Source: Solirubrobacterales bacterium
GTDB lineage: Bacteria > Actinomycetota > Thermoleophilia > Solirubrobacterales > Solirubrobacteraceae
Direction of reading: 5' to 3'
Length of the DNA: 34,882 nucleotides
NCBI GenBank assembly: GCA_026392325.1
Contig: JAPLCH010000237.1
Location: forward strand, 1 to 34,882
The notes under the pieces: generated by a model
What the model was told of the DNA's origin: nothing
Databases searched by the model: none
What the model saw: the letters and a program-made list of their open reading frames with translations, nothing else
Shown: positions 6,615 to 16,828 of the stretch, piece by piece
How positions within the stretch are numbered: position 1 is the stretch's first letter
How the letters are laid out: each line of letters starts with the position of its first letter
Made by a program: the position numbers and the translations under genes

Positions 6615-9226
6615 TCTGTTTCAGCCCCGGCTCTGCGTCGCTCAAGAACACGCACCATCGCTGGGACAACAATCACCACTGCAAGCAAGGCCACCAGAAG
6701 GTCAACAACCGTGGCGATTCCGAAGTCTCTCAGTACCCGAATGTCACTCAAGACAAGAACGCCGAATCCCATCACCACAGTCAGTCCGGAAACGCCAATT
6801 GCCCTGCCCGTCGTGCTGAACGCCCGTGCCAGCGAATCCTCAACAGTGCCGCCCAAGAGGGACTCTGCCCGCTGCCTCTCGGAGAGCAAAACTGCGAACT
6901 CGGTTCCAATTGCGATCACCAAAGCACCGAGCGCTGCGGAAAGAGGGTTCAGGTCCACCCCAAGGATCCAGAGCGCAAGCGTGGCCCAGCCAGTGGCCAA
7001 GGCCGTCGCTGAAAGTGGCACTGCCAACCGACGCCATGACCGGAATGCGACCATCAGCACTGCGGCTGCCAGCAGCAGTGCAACGAGGGTGATCAGTCGC
7101 CGGGAATCGGCATCAGCCAAACGGTCGTTGGCGGCGGCTGCGACCACCGGCAGGCCGCCCACCGAAGCCGTGACCCCAGAAGGGGCTGTGGCTGCCCTTG
7201 ACCGCAGGTCTTCAAACACGGCCTGCTGTTTGGAGAGCGGCATCAACTTCACCCCAAAGCTCGTGAGGACAGCGTCTCCTTGGGGTGTGATCACCGCCGA
7301 CTTGAAGTATTCGGGAACTGCTGCCAGGGCGGCCTGCGTCGCAGCTGGCGTTCCCTGCCCTGAGACAAGGTCTGTAAGCGACACTCCGGGGCACACTGCT
7401 GACCCCTTGCATCCTGTCGTCTTCGAATAGCCCCAGCGGGCCAGAACATCCTTTTGCACTCCGGCAAGCCAGGCCAATGTGCGGGGCTCCGTCACCGCCG
7501 TTCCGGTCAGCAACAGGTCCACCTCACCAGCCACCCCGGTTTCGGCCTGCAGAGCCTGTAGGTCCTGAAGCGCAGGCGTCCCAGATGGAACAAGGCGCGT
7601 GATGTCAGATTCCACATTGAGCTGTCCCTCGACGGCCCACCCTCCACTGGCAACCGCAGCAGCAACAAGCAGAACGGTTCCGGGGTTTGCGGACAGGAGC
7701 GCAGACAGCCTCACTCGTGGACCCGCAAGCTTCTGGAATGGCAGCTTTCCGATGATCAAATCACGCGCTTCAAGCCTTGCTGAGTCCAGCCAATTGGCGG
7801 CCCGAGCGGTGAAGCGGGAGCCCGGGATGGTTCCGGAGAGTCCAGCCGAACCGACGAGCACGGCACAGACAAGTGCAACAGCCACTCCGGCTATCAGGAC
7901 CAGCCCGAAGCCACGGACCATTGGTACTGGGGAAAGCATCAGTGCGAGAAAGCCAGCAGCCGTGCCGAGCGCGGCTGTGACTACCGGTGGGCCACCAACT
8001 CCGATCGCGCTCACAACCGTTTCACCTGCTGCGCCACCGTCACGTCTTAATGCTTCAACCGAACGCGCTTGAAGCTGAACCGCATAGTCCACCGCCAGCC
8101 CGATCAGGACGGGAACACCGCCAACCGCCGCGACTGTCAAGGACATGCCAAAGAGTGCCATCCCGCCGAACACCAGTGCTGCCGTCAGCAGAGCCAGAAG
8201 CAGGGGCAGAAGCCTGGCCCTGACTGGGAACGCGAGCCCAAGTGCCAAAGCCATCAATGCCGCGGCCGCAAGGAGCAATGGGATTGCTCCGGCAGCGACC
8301 TCACTTGCCAACGACTCAGCAAGAACACCCGCACCCGTAACCACATAGCGTCCGGCCTTGAGCTGGAACTCTGGCATCTTCGTTGCCGCCTCAACATCAC
8401 GGGTCAGCGCCCGCTTGGCTGAATCACTGAGTCCAGCCTTGGGCCGCACCTGGATCAGCGCTGCGCCCGCCGAGGGGAACAGGTATGAGAATCGGGCCTT
8501 TGGCTGCCCCAGTCCTCTGGATCCATCGAAGGCAACCTGGGTAACGAAGTCCGAGTTGGCAATGCTCGGCAGGCTTTTGAGCCCAGTCTGCAGCTGCAAC
8601 CGAGACAGAGCAGCGGCCGAGCGGCCCTGCTCGGCCTGACCCGCGGCAGCAGCTGCCGCGGCAGCAGCCTGAGGTGACTGACCAGCAGCGAGTGCCTGCT
8701 TCCGTGCCGCGTTCGTGGCCCTCTGGACGTTGGAAGCTGCAGAACGAAGCTCCGTCCCAAGTGCTGACGTGAGCTGGTTGGCGGCCTCGTTTATGAAGGT
8801 CGCAGGGCCGTAGACCCGTTTAACGGAACCCGCTTTCGCAATTCGTCCGCAAGGACTGTTGACGCCGCCATACGGTTTTGCCCCTTTCGGAACACGACCG
8901 CCCAAGCAGCCTTCAAGCTGGAGCAGCCTTCCAATTTCCGTCGTGAGGAGCAGTTGCTGAAGGTTCTCCTCTGCCATCACGACAATCGGGTCATCGCCGA
9001 ACTTCGCACGGATGCGATCCGTTGCTTCAGCAGCAGATGTCGCTTTGGGAACCAGAGAGTCGGTTCCTGCGGATGGCCTCAATCCGACAAGAGCACTGGC
9101 AGCAAAAACCAATCCAACGACCACTGAGGCGATACCCACGCTGCGCCGATTGGCAACAGCCATACCGGCTGTCCTCCTCAGCAGCCTGGAAAGCACCGGA
9201 TCAGCTTTCTCGTTGCGCTCAGACAC
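6611..9226 (-). CDS. MMPL/RND-superfamily membrane transporter
   Basis: 871 aa with two large hydrophobic bundles (about residues 300-470 and 700-860), each preceded by a soluble domain, as in MMPL-family proteins. The GTG at 9226 has no obvious SD. An internal ATG at 9163 is preceded by GAGGAGG and is an alternative start. Confidence 0.9.
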   Translation of the reverse strand: MSERNEKADPVLSRLLRRTAGMAVANRRSVGIASVVVGLVFAASALVGLRPSAGTDSLVPKATSAAEATDRIRAKFGDDPIVVMAEENLQQLLLTTEIGRLLQLEGCLGGRVPKGAKPYGGVNSPCGRIAKAGSVKRVYGPATFINEAANQLTSALGTELRSAASNVQRATNAARKQALAAGQSPQAAAAAAAAAGQAEQGRSAAALSRLQLQTGLKSLPSIANSDFVTQVAFDGSRGLGQPKARFSYLFPSAGAALIQVRPKAGLSDSAKRALTRDVEAATKMPEFQLKAGRYVVTGAGVLAESLASEVAAGAIPLLLAAAALMALALGLAFPVRARLLPLLLALLTAALVFGGMALFGMSLTVAAVGGVPVLIGLAVDYAVQLQARSVEALRRDGGAAGETVVSAIGVGGPPVVTAALGTAAGFLALMLSPVPMVRGFGLVLIAGVAVALVCAVLVGSAGLSGTIPGSRFTARAANWLDSARLEARDLIIGKLPFQKLAGPRVRLSALLSANPGTVLLVAAAVASGGWAVEGQLNVESDITRLVPSGTPALQDLQALQAETGVAGEVDLLLTGTAVTEPRTLAWLAGVQKDVLARWGYSKTTGCKGSAVCPGVSLTDLVSGQGTPAATQAALAAVPEYFKSAVITPQGDAVLTSFGVKLMPLSKQQAVFEDLRSRAATAPSGVTASVGGLPVVAAAANDRLADADSRRLITLVALLLAAAVLMVAFRSWRRLAVPLSATALATGWATLALWILGVDLNPLSAALGALVIAIGTEFAVLLSERQRAESLLGGTVEDSLARAFSTTGRAIGVSGLTVVMGFGVLVLSDIRVLRDFGIATVVDLLVALLAVVIVVPAMVRVLERRRAGAETE

Positions 9227-9265
9227 TGCTGTGAACCAGTCGGTTCAACATCAGGTTCCCAGTGC

Positions 9266-10810
9266 TCAGGGAGCCTGGGTGATCAGCGGGAACAGCGTTG
9301 AGAAGCCCGGAACATTCGACTGCTGGGTGCAGGCGGGCGCAAACGGTGCGTTTGTTGTTCCGCTGAACGCCATTGCCTTCAAAGCCTGTGTGAGGGTCGC
9401 GTTGACGTCATACGGAGGTGTCTGCGGGCCGGGGTCATCGGGCGCGTCCGCGGTCGTAGGAGCATTTGGCTGCGTCACTCCAGAACACTGGCCAATCTCA
9501 TAGCCCTTCAGCTCCCATGAATGTGGCAGAGCACCGCTGGAGGCCGAGTAGTACGGAGTCGTGCGGTTCGTGGTTGGACGAGATGGGAACGCGGCCAATG
9601 AAAGGGCATTCAGTGGTGCCAGCGCACGCAGATAGTGCTCGCCCGTTGGCGCCCATGGGGTCGGAAGACTGTCAGTTGCTTGCGTAGTCGCAGCAGCGTT
9701 GCCAAGGAACGCGGTCAGCGACTGCTTGTATTGGCCGACAAAATCAAGCATCGGGTTCAACTGCTGGAGGAAGAGATCGAGCTGCCCAAGAACCGTGCTC
9801 AGGCCGGGCTTGGCACCGGATCCGTTGAGGAAAGTGCCCAATGCCGGAACTCCGGCAGCAGAGGCATCCACAAGCGGCCCCAGCTTCGTGTTGATCGTCT
9901 TGAGTGGCTGAGCCAGCTGCCCAACGGACGAGAGGATCGGGCTGAGCTGCTCTGCCGCAGGCTGAAGCTGCAGGACAAGAGGATCAGCATCCTGGGCGAA
10001 TGACTTCAGACGGTTCATCGTCTTCGTGCTCTCCGACTCAAAGGTTGGAAGAACCTGGAAGGTCTCTGCAAGCTGCTGGTTTCGCTGAGCTGTTGTCGTA
10101 AAGACAGCGTTCGAGTTAGTGATCAGCTGCTGGAACTGGTTTTTGCGCTCTGCCAATGCGGTGAATACGGTTCCGGTATCCCTGACCAGCGACTGGACAG
10201 CTGCGGTCTCGCTGTTGAGGACACTCATCAGCTGGTCTGCCGAGTCGGTGAAGGACGGAAGGTTGCCGAAGGCGTCGTTGAGGTCTCCCCCGCGCCCGGC
10301 CAAGGCACCAGCGGCACCCTGCTGCCAGTCCTGGAAGCCCTTTCGGGTTGGCGCGTCGAATGTCTTGAAGATCTGGTCAATCGTGACCTGTGGGCGAACC
10401 TGCTTCTCGGGAAGAAGTCCCCCGTCGGGCAGTGGAACTCCGTTGGCGCGGTTGCCCGGTGTCAGCTCGACATAGGTCTCGCCGAGCAGGGTCTTAGTGC
10501 GAAGAATCGCCCGAGTATCACTTGGAATCGGGGAGTACCGGGGGTCGATCTGAAGCTGGGCGTGCGTGGAGTTCCGCGGCCCAAGCTCAACTGAAGCCAC
10601 CTTGCCAACAGGCACGCCACTAATTCGGACATCCGCTTGATTTGCCAACTGCCCAGCGTTATTGAAGTTCACGCTGACGCGGTAGCCCTTTGCTGCAAAG
10701 GGAACTGGCCCACCGAATGCGACCCAAAGGAACAGAATCAGGCCAAAGCACGAGAGCGCGAAGCCGGCCATGACGAGAATTCGCCCGAGTGTTGGTGCTT
10801 GTTTTTGCAT
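9266..10810 (-). CDS. mceF: Mce-family (MlaD-domain) protein, sixth in operon
   Basis: N-terminal TM helix, then the MCE core GQLANQADVRISGVPVGKVASVEL...LRTKTLLGETYVEL, a long helical region and a Pro-rich tail. Confidence 0.9.
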   Translation of the reverse strand: MQKQAPTLGRILVMAGFALSCFGLILFLWVAFGGPVPFAAKGYRVSVNFNNAGQLANQADVRISGVPVGKVASVELGPRNSTHAQLQIDPRYSPIPSDTRAILRTKTLLGETYVELTPGNRANGVPLPDGGLLPEKQVRPQVTIDQIFKTFDAPTRKGFQDWQQGAAGALAGRGGDLNDAFGNLPSFTDSADQLMSVLNSETAAVQSLVRDTGTVFTALAERKNQFQQLITNSNAVFTTTAQRNQQLAETFQVLPTFESESTKTMNRLKSFAQDADPLVLQLQPAAEQLSPILSSVGQLAQPLKTINTKLGPLVDASAAGVPALGTFLNGSGAKPGLSTVLGQLDLFLQQLNPMLDFVGQYKQSLTAFLGNAAATTQATDSLPTPWAPTGEHYLRALAPLNALSLAAFPSRPTTNRTTPYYSASSGALPHSWELKGYEIGQCSGVTQPNAPTTADAPDDPGPQTPPYDVNATLTQALKAMAFSGTTNAPFAPACTQQSNVPGFSTLFPLITQAP

Positions 10811-10813
10811 GCC

Positions 10814-12148
10814 CTACGACCCCCTGCAGACTGGAGCGGGGACTGACGTCGGACGCGGAGCACGAAGCAGCTCGACCGTGGCCCATGCACTTGGGCTGCC
10901 CACGGACACGTTGCCCGCTGGCGCACAGACTTCCTTGAGAATTGAGTAGATCGTGCCGAAGGTGTTCTGGGCGCCGAGGAAGACGCTCTGGCGCACCGGT
11001 CCTGCAGCATCCTGATTGAGGAGCTGGGCGTTCGTGTTATGGCTAAGCCAGAACAGATCGAACAGGTACGGCGGAACGTCCCCGGTTGGGTCATACGCAA
11101 GCTCATTGAGTCCGTAGTTGAGGCTCTTTCCGGTCTTGAGCAGACCAGGGCCTGCGGATACAAGGTCCGCCGTTGTCGGCTTCAACAGGCGCAGTGCCGG
11201 CTGCACGTCAACCGAGAACGGACGCAACTGGTCTCTGATCGGCGCGAGAGTCTGCGTGAAGAACTTCTGTGACGCAACCTGTGCCGGGGCAAGACCGCGC
11301 GCTGCTGGACGCAAGGAGCCGGCGCTGATCACTGCCTTGTTGGTAGCCGAGAGCGCCCCAGGGAGAAGCGAGATTGTCGCCTTCAGATTGGATTCCTGGG
11401 CAGCAAAGTCACCAAGAACAGCATTGCTGCTGTCAACAAAGGCTGAGAGCTGGGTGTCCTTCTTCCCAAGCTCGTTGAGGAGAAGCTGAAGGTTGGTAGT
11501 GACGCGCTTCATGTTGGACTGGCGCTTCTGCAACTGACCTGTGATCTTCGCAATGTTGCGCTGTGTAGGGTCAAGGCGCCTCAGGACCTGTGCGAGCGTC
11601 CGCCCGTTGCCTGCAAGTCCTTGTCCGCCTCCGTTGATCAGAAGTACAAGATAGTCGCGAGTGTCAGCGTCAAGCACTGACAGGAACTCGTCAAAGTTGA
11701 CATCCGGCTGTGTGTGTGAAACCGGAAGAACCTCTCCGGGAGCCAGTGGGGGGCCAGCGGAATTCGAGCCTGGATCCAGGGCAATGATCATGTCCTTAAG
11801 GCCCGTCTTGGGACGAAGCAGCATTGTCGCGTCTGGATAGATCCGACCCTTGTACTTGGGCTCAAGGTCCATTGTGACCAGCGCACGCCCGTCCTTGAGC
11901 GCAACATCGCTGACCGCGCCGATCGGAACACCGGCGATGTTCACGGTCTGTCCCTGCCCTGGAACGACAGCCTGGGCAGTTGAGAACTGGGCTTGGAAGC
12001 TGTAGACGTCCTTGCCCAGCACTGGAACCCAGCCAGGAGCAGCAAGATGCTGATTGACAAGGATGAACAGGGTTATCCCGCCCGCAATGAATACCAGTGC
12101 GAGCACCGCGAGGAAATCCTTGAAGTGTTTGCGGATTGCGATACCCAT
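10814..12148 (-). CDS. mceE: Mce-family (MlaD-domain) protein, fifth in operon
   Basis: N-terminal TM helix (LAVLALVFIAGGITLFILV) and the MCE core GQTVNIAGVPIGAVSDVAL...LRPKTGLKDMIIAL. Its start shares 1 nt with the upstream stop (TGATG at 12146-12150). Confidence 0.9.
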   Translation of the reverse strand: MGIAIRKHFKDFLAVLALVFIAGGITLFILVNQHLAAPGWVPVLGKDVYSFQAQFSTAQAVVPGQGQTVNIAGVPIGAVSDVALKDGRALVTMDLEPKYKGRIYPDATMLLRPKTGLKDMIIALDPGSNSAGPPLAPGEVLPVSHTQPDVNFDEFLSVLDADTRDYLVLLINGGGQGLAGNGRTLAQVLRRLDPTQRNIAKITGQLQKRQSNMKRVTTNLQLLLNELGKKDTQLSAFVDSSNAVLGDFAAQESNLKATISLLPGALSATNKAVISAGSLRPAARGLAPAQVASQKFFTQTLAPIRDQLRPFSVDVQPALRLLKPTTADLVSAGPGLLKTGKSLNYGLNELAYDPTGDVPPYLFDLFWLSHNTNAQLLNQDAAGPVRQSVFLGAQNTFGTIYSILKEVCAPAGNVSVGSPSAWATVELLRAPRPTSVPAPVCRGS

Positions 12149-13728
12149 CAGCCTGGCGATCCTGTCTTGTCTGGAAGACCCTTGACGGCAGATGTTGCGT
12201 TCAGATCAACAGGCTGATTGCTCGGACTGCTTACGCACTTGTTGTTCGGCTTGTAGTCGGGCGCCTGATCACGGCCGAAGTACTTCGGACTCGTGCCAAG
12301 CGGAGCGTTCGGCATGTTGCCCCAAACTGGCGTCCTCAGGCTTTCCTGACCGCTGTACTCGGTCATGTCGACCTGAAGGTTGCCGCCAGTGGCCGTGTTG
12401 CGCGTGTCCTGTGCGCCACCTGGCTGGGCTCGAATGAATTGACCATTGCCGTCGTAGTTCTGGCTCTCTCCGGCAAGACCTACGAGCGCAAACCAGAACT
12501 CCTTGTAGGCAGCCTGTCCGGTTGAGAAGTCGTAGCCAACGCCAGCGTCAGCGATTGACTGATCTCCGGTCGGAAGGACCTTGTAGAAGAAGCACTGCGC
12601 CATTGAGGTTGCCTGTGGCAGGAACTGGATCTGTTGCCCAACGGTTGCGGCGGTTGATGAGGTGATTGGTCCCAGGTACTTCATGTCATAGCCCAGCTCG
12701 GTTGGCCCGAGCAGCGCAGAAGCCTGCTTGGCCCATGGGGTGCCGGCTGCAACCGTTGCCGGGGTTTCCTTGGCCGCAGGGATGAGGTCGGTTGAGAACC
12801 CGGCAATCGCTGGCAGGGCAGCGTCAACTGTGCCAAGCGCCTTGTATGTGTTCGAAAGCGTTGGCCCGAGGAGAGCGATGGACTGCTGGAGCGCTGCTGG
12901 GTTTGAGCCAAGTCCCGCCATGGTGTGACTGAAGTTGGTTACGAAGTCAGCGAGCGTGGCCTCGTTCTTGCCCAAGGCAGCAGTTGTGGCTCCAAGCCCC
13001 TTGACGAACTTGGCAAGGTCACCGGGGTGCTCGCCCAGGAAGCCTTGGTTCACGACAGCAGTTCCCTTGAGTGCCTGTGGCGACCACTTCAGCATCTTGT
13101 TCAGAGCCTGACCACCAGTCGTGCCCCTGACTTCCGGATCAACCTGTGCGTTCTCAGCCGCCGTTGGCTTGGTGTCGAGCCCCGTGCCAAGCCCTTGCAG
13201 AAGGACCTGAAGGTCCTCTCGGGTCGCAAACTGAAGGCTGGTGAGCACCTGATCCAGCTGCACTGGGGTTGAAGTTTGCGTTACGGGAATGGTTCCGCCG
13301 TCCTCCACCTCCGGGGCCGATGGGGTGCCTGGCCGGAGGTCAACGAAGAAGTTTCCCTCAAGGAAGATGCGTGGACGGATCTTCAGCTGGGCGTCCTTGT
13401 GAACAGGCAGGCCGTTGTCGTCAATTTCCATTGTCACGATGGCCGACGAAGTGTTCTTGTACCTGGAAACGTCAAGCACCTTGCCCACGTTGACGCCCGC
13501 GATTCTGACTGGTGAGGCTGGTCGGATTGAGTTCGCAGAAGTGAAGACCGCGTTGATCTTGTACCCACCGGTGAACGGGACATCCTTGGTGAACCCGAGG
13601 TAGAGGCCAACAGCAGACACGGCGAGCACGATCGCCGCAAGGCGTGCGTTATTACGAGGCTGCAGCCGCTTTGGAACCTTCCCGTTTGGCGCGCTTGCGC
13701 CGTTTGTGCTGTTTGGGTTGACGCTCAT
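12148..13728 (-). CDS. mceD: Mce-family (MlaD-domain) protein, fourth in operon
   Basis: TM helix (LAAIVLAVSAVGLYLGF) and the MCE core SPVRIAGVNVGKVLDVS...IRPRIFLEGNFFVDL. There is a 4-nt overlap with the upstream gene (13725-13728). Confidence 0.9.
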   Translation of the reverse strand: MSVNPNSTNGASAPNGKVPKRLQPRNNARLAAIVLAVSAVGLYLGFTKDVPFTGGYKINAVFTSANSIRPASPVRIAGVNVGKVLDVSRYKNTSSAIVTMEIDDNGLPVHKDAQLKIRPRIFLEGNFFVDLRPGTPSAPEVEDGGTIPVTQTSTPVQLDQVLTSLQFATREDLQVLLQGLGTGLDTKPTAAENAQVDPEVRGTTGGQALNKMLKWSPQALKGTAVVNQGFLGEHPGDLAKFVKGLGATTAALGKNEATLADFVTNFSHTMAGLGSNPAALQQSIALLGPTLSNTYKALGTVDAALPAIAGFSTDLIPAAKETPATVAAGTPWAKQASALLGPTELGYDMKYLGPITSSTAATVGQQIQFLPQATSMAQCFFYKVLPTGDQSIADAGVGYDFSTGQAAYKEFWFALVGLAGESQNYDGNGQFIRAQPGGAQDTRNTATGGNLQVDMTEYSGQESLRTPVWGNMPNAPLGTSPKYFGRDQAPDYKPNNKCVSSPSNQPVDLNATSAVKGLPDKTGSPG

Positions 13729-15275
13729 TTGCCTGGTGGGGTTGCGGGTGGAGTGGTCTCAGCGTGCATGGTTCCGGCCTGTGGATTAAGGCCTTGCGCT
13801 GCTGTGACCTGACTGAATTGACGGGTAGAGGCGCCGTCAACCCATGGGAACGATTCGTTGCCTGCCTGGCAGGCCTTTGGCTGACCTGGAGAGGCTGTGT
13901 ATGGATAAGAGTTGGAGTGCAGGAAGTTCGTGCCGAAGGAGCCGTCACCTGTTGGGCCAGCAGCGTACGTCTTGGTCCCTTCTGGCCCGGAAATTGCGTT
14001 GCCCGATGCTCCGCCTTCTGAGTTGAATGCCCAGGCCGACCATGGGTTGGAGCCGTTGGCGGGGACGATCGGCAGTGCACGCTGAAGTGTGCCGCCGCCG
14101 GAGTCTCCGCCGGAGGTGAAGGTGAATCCGTCGCTTGTTGAGCTTGCAACGTTTCGAAGCAGGACGCTTGCGTAGTTGCAGGTTGTCTGCGCTGGTGCCA
14201 CATATTGAATAAGCGGCGTTCCCGTGTCAGTGGTGTCAGTCAGCCGTTCAATGCCCTTCTGGGTATTTGGATCCTTGAGGAATGTTTCCAGCGACGTGAA
14301 GAGGGTCGCTAGGCGGGTGTTCAACTGGCCTGAGCGGGCGAGCCCTCCGGTTGGGCTGGCTCCCGCTGCGATTGCCTCGTTGAGCGTCGTTGCCGATGCT
14401 CCAAGGGCCTTGCTGCCAGGGATCAGGGTGTTGAAGAAGGTTGCAGAATGCGCTAGGAATGGACGCTGAACAGGAAGGCTGGAGATGGCAGCGTCAAGGG
14501 CAGCTGGGCCACCCTCGATTGATGCCTGGATCGAGTCTGTGACATTGGCAAGAGCACCAAAGGTCTGAGCCATCCCGCGGAACAAGGAGGCCTGCTGTTC
14601 GGCTACTGGTGCTGACTGAGACGCAACCGCATCGAGCGCAGGGAAGAGTCTGTCAAGGCCCGTGTTGGGGTCGGAAAGGTTCTTCATCACAGGGGTCAGG
14701 TTGGCAAGCAGCGGCCCGAGGTTCCGGATGGTCTGGTTGAGGTCAAGGCCACGTCCACCGATTGCATTGCCGAACTCGATGAGGTTGGCTGATGCCGCGA
14801 CCCGAGTTGGCTCGTTGAACATGTTGAAGATGTCGTCAATCTGGACTGGAGTTGGCGTTGCAGCCTTGATTGGCATGACGGACCCAGTCTTGAAGCCTTG
14901 CGCTGAAACGCCTCGGTGGATGTCCACGTACTTGAGTCCGAGTGGCGATACCGGGCGGATTTCAACTGTTGAATCGTCGGCGAGCGGCTCAATCTTCTTG
15001 TCAAGCTGCATCGTGATCGTTGCCGTCACACGGCCGTTTGGCCAGGTCCTTGGTGCGATTTCGGTGACCATGCCGACGCGGGATCCGCCGATCTTCACCT
15101 CATTGCCCTTGACCAACGCGTTGGCGTTTGGAATCTGCGCCTTGAGCGTGTACTTGGGCACGAATGGCAAACCGGTGTTGGCGCTGTAGGCAAGGAATAC
15201 GCCAACAACTGTGATCAGGATCGTCGCGGCACCGATCAGCATGGGGTTACCAGCGATGGCGTTCGTCTTTCTCAC
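13725..15275 (-). CDS. mceC: Mce-family (MlaD-domain) protein, third in operon
   Basis: TM helix (MLIGAATILITVVGVFLAY) and the MCE core NALVKGNEVKIGGSRVGMVTEI...IRPVSPLGLKYVDI. There is a 4-nt overlap with the upstream gene (15272-15275). Confidence 0.9.
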   Translation of the reverse strand: MRKTNAIAGNPMLIGAATILITVVGVFLAYSANTGLPFVPKYTLKAQIPNANALVKGNEVKIGGSRVGMVTEIAPRTWPNGRVTATITMQLDKKIEPLADDSTVEIRPVSPLGLKYVDIHRGVSAQGFKTGSVMPIKAATPTPVQIDDIFNMFNEPTRVAASANLIEFGNAIGGRGLDLNQTIRNLGPLLANLTPVMKNLSDPNTGLDRLFPALDAVASQSAPVAEQQASLFRGMAQTFGALANVTDSIQASIEGGPAALDAAISSLPVQRPFLAHSATFFNTLIPGSKALGASATTLNEAIAAGASPTGGLARSGQLNTRLATLFTSLETFLKDPNTQKGIERLTDTTDTGTPLIQYVAPAQTTCNYASVLLRNVASSTSDGFTFTSGGDSGGGTLQRALPIVPANGSNPWSAWAFNSEGGASGNAISGPEGTKTYAAGPTGDGSFGTNFLHSNSYPYTASPGQPKACQAGNESFPWVDGASTRQFSQVTAAQGLNPQAGTMHAETTPPATPPGK

Positions 15276-16828
15276 CTTGATCCACCCCCAAGCAGGTACT
15301 TGAGCATCGCCGACTTGCCGTCAGCTCCTGTTGCCGATGGACCTGTGGCTGCTGGCGGAACGGCAGGTGTTGTCGTGACAGTCGGTGCCGGGGCCTTGAC
15401 TGTTGCCGGAGCCTTGACGACCGCAGGGGCAGGAGCGGCAGGCTTCTTGCCCCAGATCTCCCAGCCGAATGGCTTGGCGATGACTGACTGGCTTGCAAAG
15501 TTGGTCAGGAAGTTGCCTGCGCGCGCCACCTTGCCAATCGAAGCCATGCCTGCGCCGACGCTCGGATCATTGCCACCGTCAAAGTTTGCACTGCAGGAGC
15601 CGTATGTTGATCCGCGGCCAGCCTCGGTCGTCGCACATGCTCCAATTGGGTAGAGCAGCAGCTCTCCACGGACATAGTGTCCGTACTTGTTGAAGCCGTT
15701 ACCCGCTGCCACCTGGCTGTAAAGCGTCTGCATCAGGAACTCCCAGCCGCCAGTCTTCTGCAGGCTCTGAAGCAGGGAACCGAGTCCGTTGGCGAATGGG
15801 TTCAGGCCTGCCGCCAGCTGCTTGGTCTTTGCCAGCGCACCCAGCACCACTGGGTCGGTGAAGACTGTTGAACCGGTCGTAGCGAGTGGGTTTCCGAGTG
15901 TCACGAAAGCGCCAGTGGAGTTATTTGCAAATGCGGGAAGGTTCTTGACCACACCGTTGATGGCAGCCTCATGTCCTTGCAGTGGCTGCAGGAACCCTTC
16001 AAGCGCTTGCGAGAAATTGCCTAGCTCATTCATTGTTGGGGTCAGCTGTTGAAGGAAGGCTGGGAACTTCTGGAAGTTCGCCTGGAGCGCCTGACCCTTG
16101 GCTGCAGATGCCCTGGACACAACCTCGGAGTTGCGAATGAACGCCGCTACTGAAGCGCGATCCCTTGCCAATGGGGCCAGAGATGCATCGGAGTTGACTG
16201 CGAGGTTTTCAAGTGTCTTGTTCTGACCAGCAAGGATTGCGAGCACCTTGTCGGTCTCCTGAAGGGCTGGGTTGGCGCGGCGAATGACCGTGTTCAGGGT
16301 CTGTCCGTTGCCAGCAAGGGCAGTACCGAACTCGTTCAGAATGATCGCGAAACGTTGGCGTTCCGGGACGCGCATGATGTTGTTGATCAGGTCGATTCCG
16401 ACGGGAGATGACGTGTTCTGGACGGGCATCAGCCTGTCGCCTTCCCCCGGCCCCGACTGAATGACCGACAGCTCAGGCGCAGGGGCTTGGCCTGGCGCAC
16501 GTGGCTTGGTTGGTGAGCAGTCCACGAACTGCTCTCCGATCAGTGACTGCGGCCGAATGATGCAGTTTGAGTCAGTCCTGAAGTCTGTGTAGCCAGGGTT
16601 GTCGATGCGCATCGTCACAGCAGCCTTGTTGTCCTGAGTGACCCCAAGGTGTTCCACAACGCCGACCGTCACGCCAGCGACGCGGACCTGCTCGCCGACG
16701 GCAAGCTGGTTGGCGTTGTCAAAGATCGCGCGGATTCTGTACTGGTCTGAGTTTCCGGCCGCGAGGCCAAAGACAAGGAGTCCAGCCCCAAGGAGTACCG
16801 CCGCAGCTATGCCGATTACGCGCTTCAT
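15272..16828 (-). CDS. mceB: Mce-family (MlaD-domain) protein, second in operon
   Basis: TM helix (IGIAAAVLLGAGLLVFGLA), the MCE core NQLAVGEQVRVAGVTVGVVEHL...IRPQSLIGEQFVDC and an Ala/Pro-rich C-terminal tail. There is a 1-nt overlap with the upstream stop at 16828. Confidence 0.9.
   Translation of the reverse strand: MKRVIGIAAAVLLGAGLLVFGLAAGNSDQYRIRAIFDNANQLAVGEQVRVAGVTVGVVEHLGVTQDNKAAVTMRIDNPGYTDFRTDSNCIIRPQSLIGEQFVDCSPTKPRAPGQAPAPELSVIQSGPGEGDRLMPVQNTSSPVGIDLINNIMRVPERQRFAIILNEFGTALAGNGQTLNTVIRRANPALQETDKVLAILAGQNKTLENLAVNSDASLAPLARDRASVAAFIRNSEVVSRASAAKGQALQANFQKFPAFLQQLTPTMNELGNFSQALEGFLQPLQGHEAAINGVVKNLPAFANNSTGAFVTLGNPLATTGSTVFTDPVVLGALAKTKQLAAGLNPFANGLGSLLQSLQKTGGWEFLMQTLYSQVAAGNGFNKYGHYVRGELLLYPIGACATTEAGRGSTYGSCSANFDGGNDPSVGAGMASIGKVARAGNFLTNFASQSVIAKPFGWEIWGKKPAAPAPAVVKAPATVKAPAPTVTTTPAVPPAATGPSATGADGKSAMLKYLLGGGSR

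Noticed and set aside
6534-7430. 298-aa plus-strand ORF (and neighbours 6473..7012, 7599..8072) antisense to the MMPL gene
   Set aside because: The translations are Ser/Thr/Ala/Arg-rich and low-complexity, opposite a well-supported 871-aa transporter. These are shadow ORFs.
8643-8668. 15-nt periodic duplication GCGGCAGCAGC...GCGGCAGCAGC inside the MMPL gene
   Set aside because: It encodes a poly-Ala tract (QAAAAAAAAAGQ) in a soluble loop. This is ordinary GCN low-complexity coding sequence rather than a regulatory repeat.
13652-14203. 183-aa minus-strand ORF in another frame of mceC/mceD
   Set aside because: It overlaps two MCE-domain genes and gives a Pro/Thr/Gln/Arg-rich translation.
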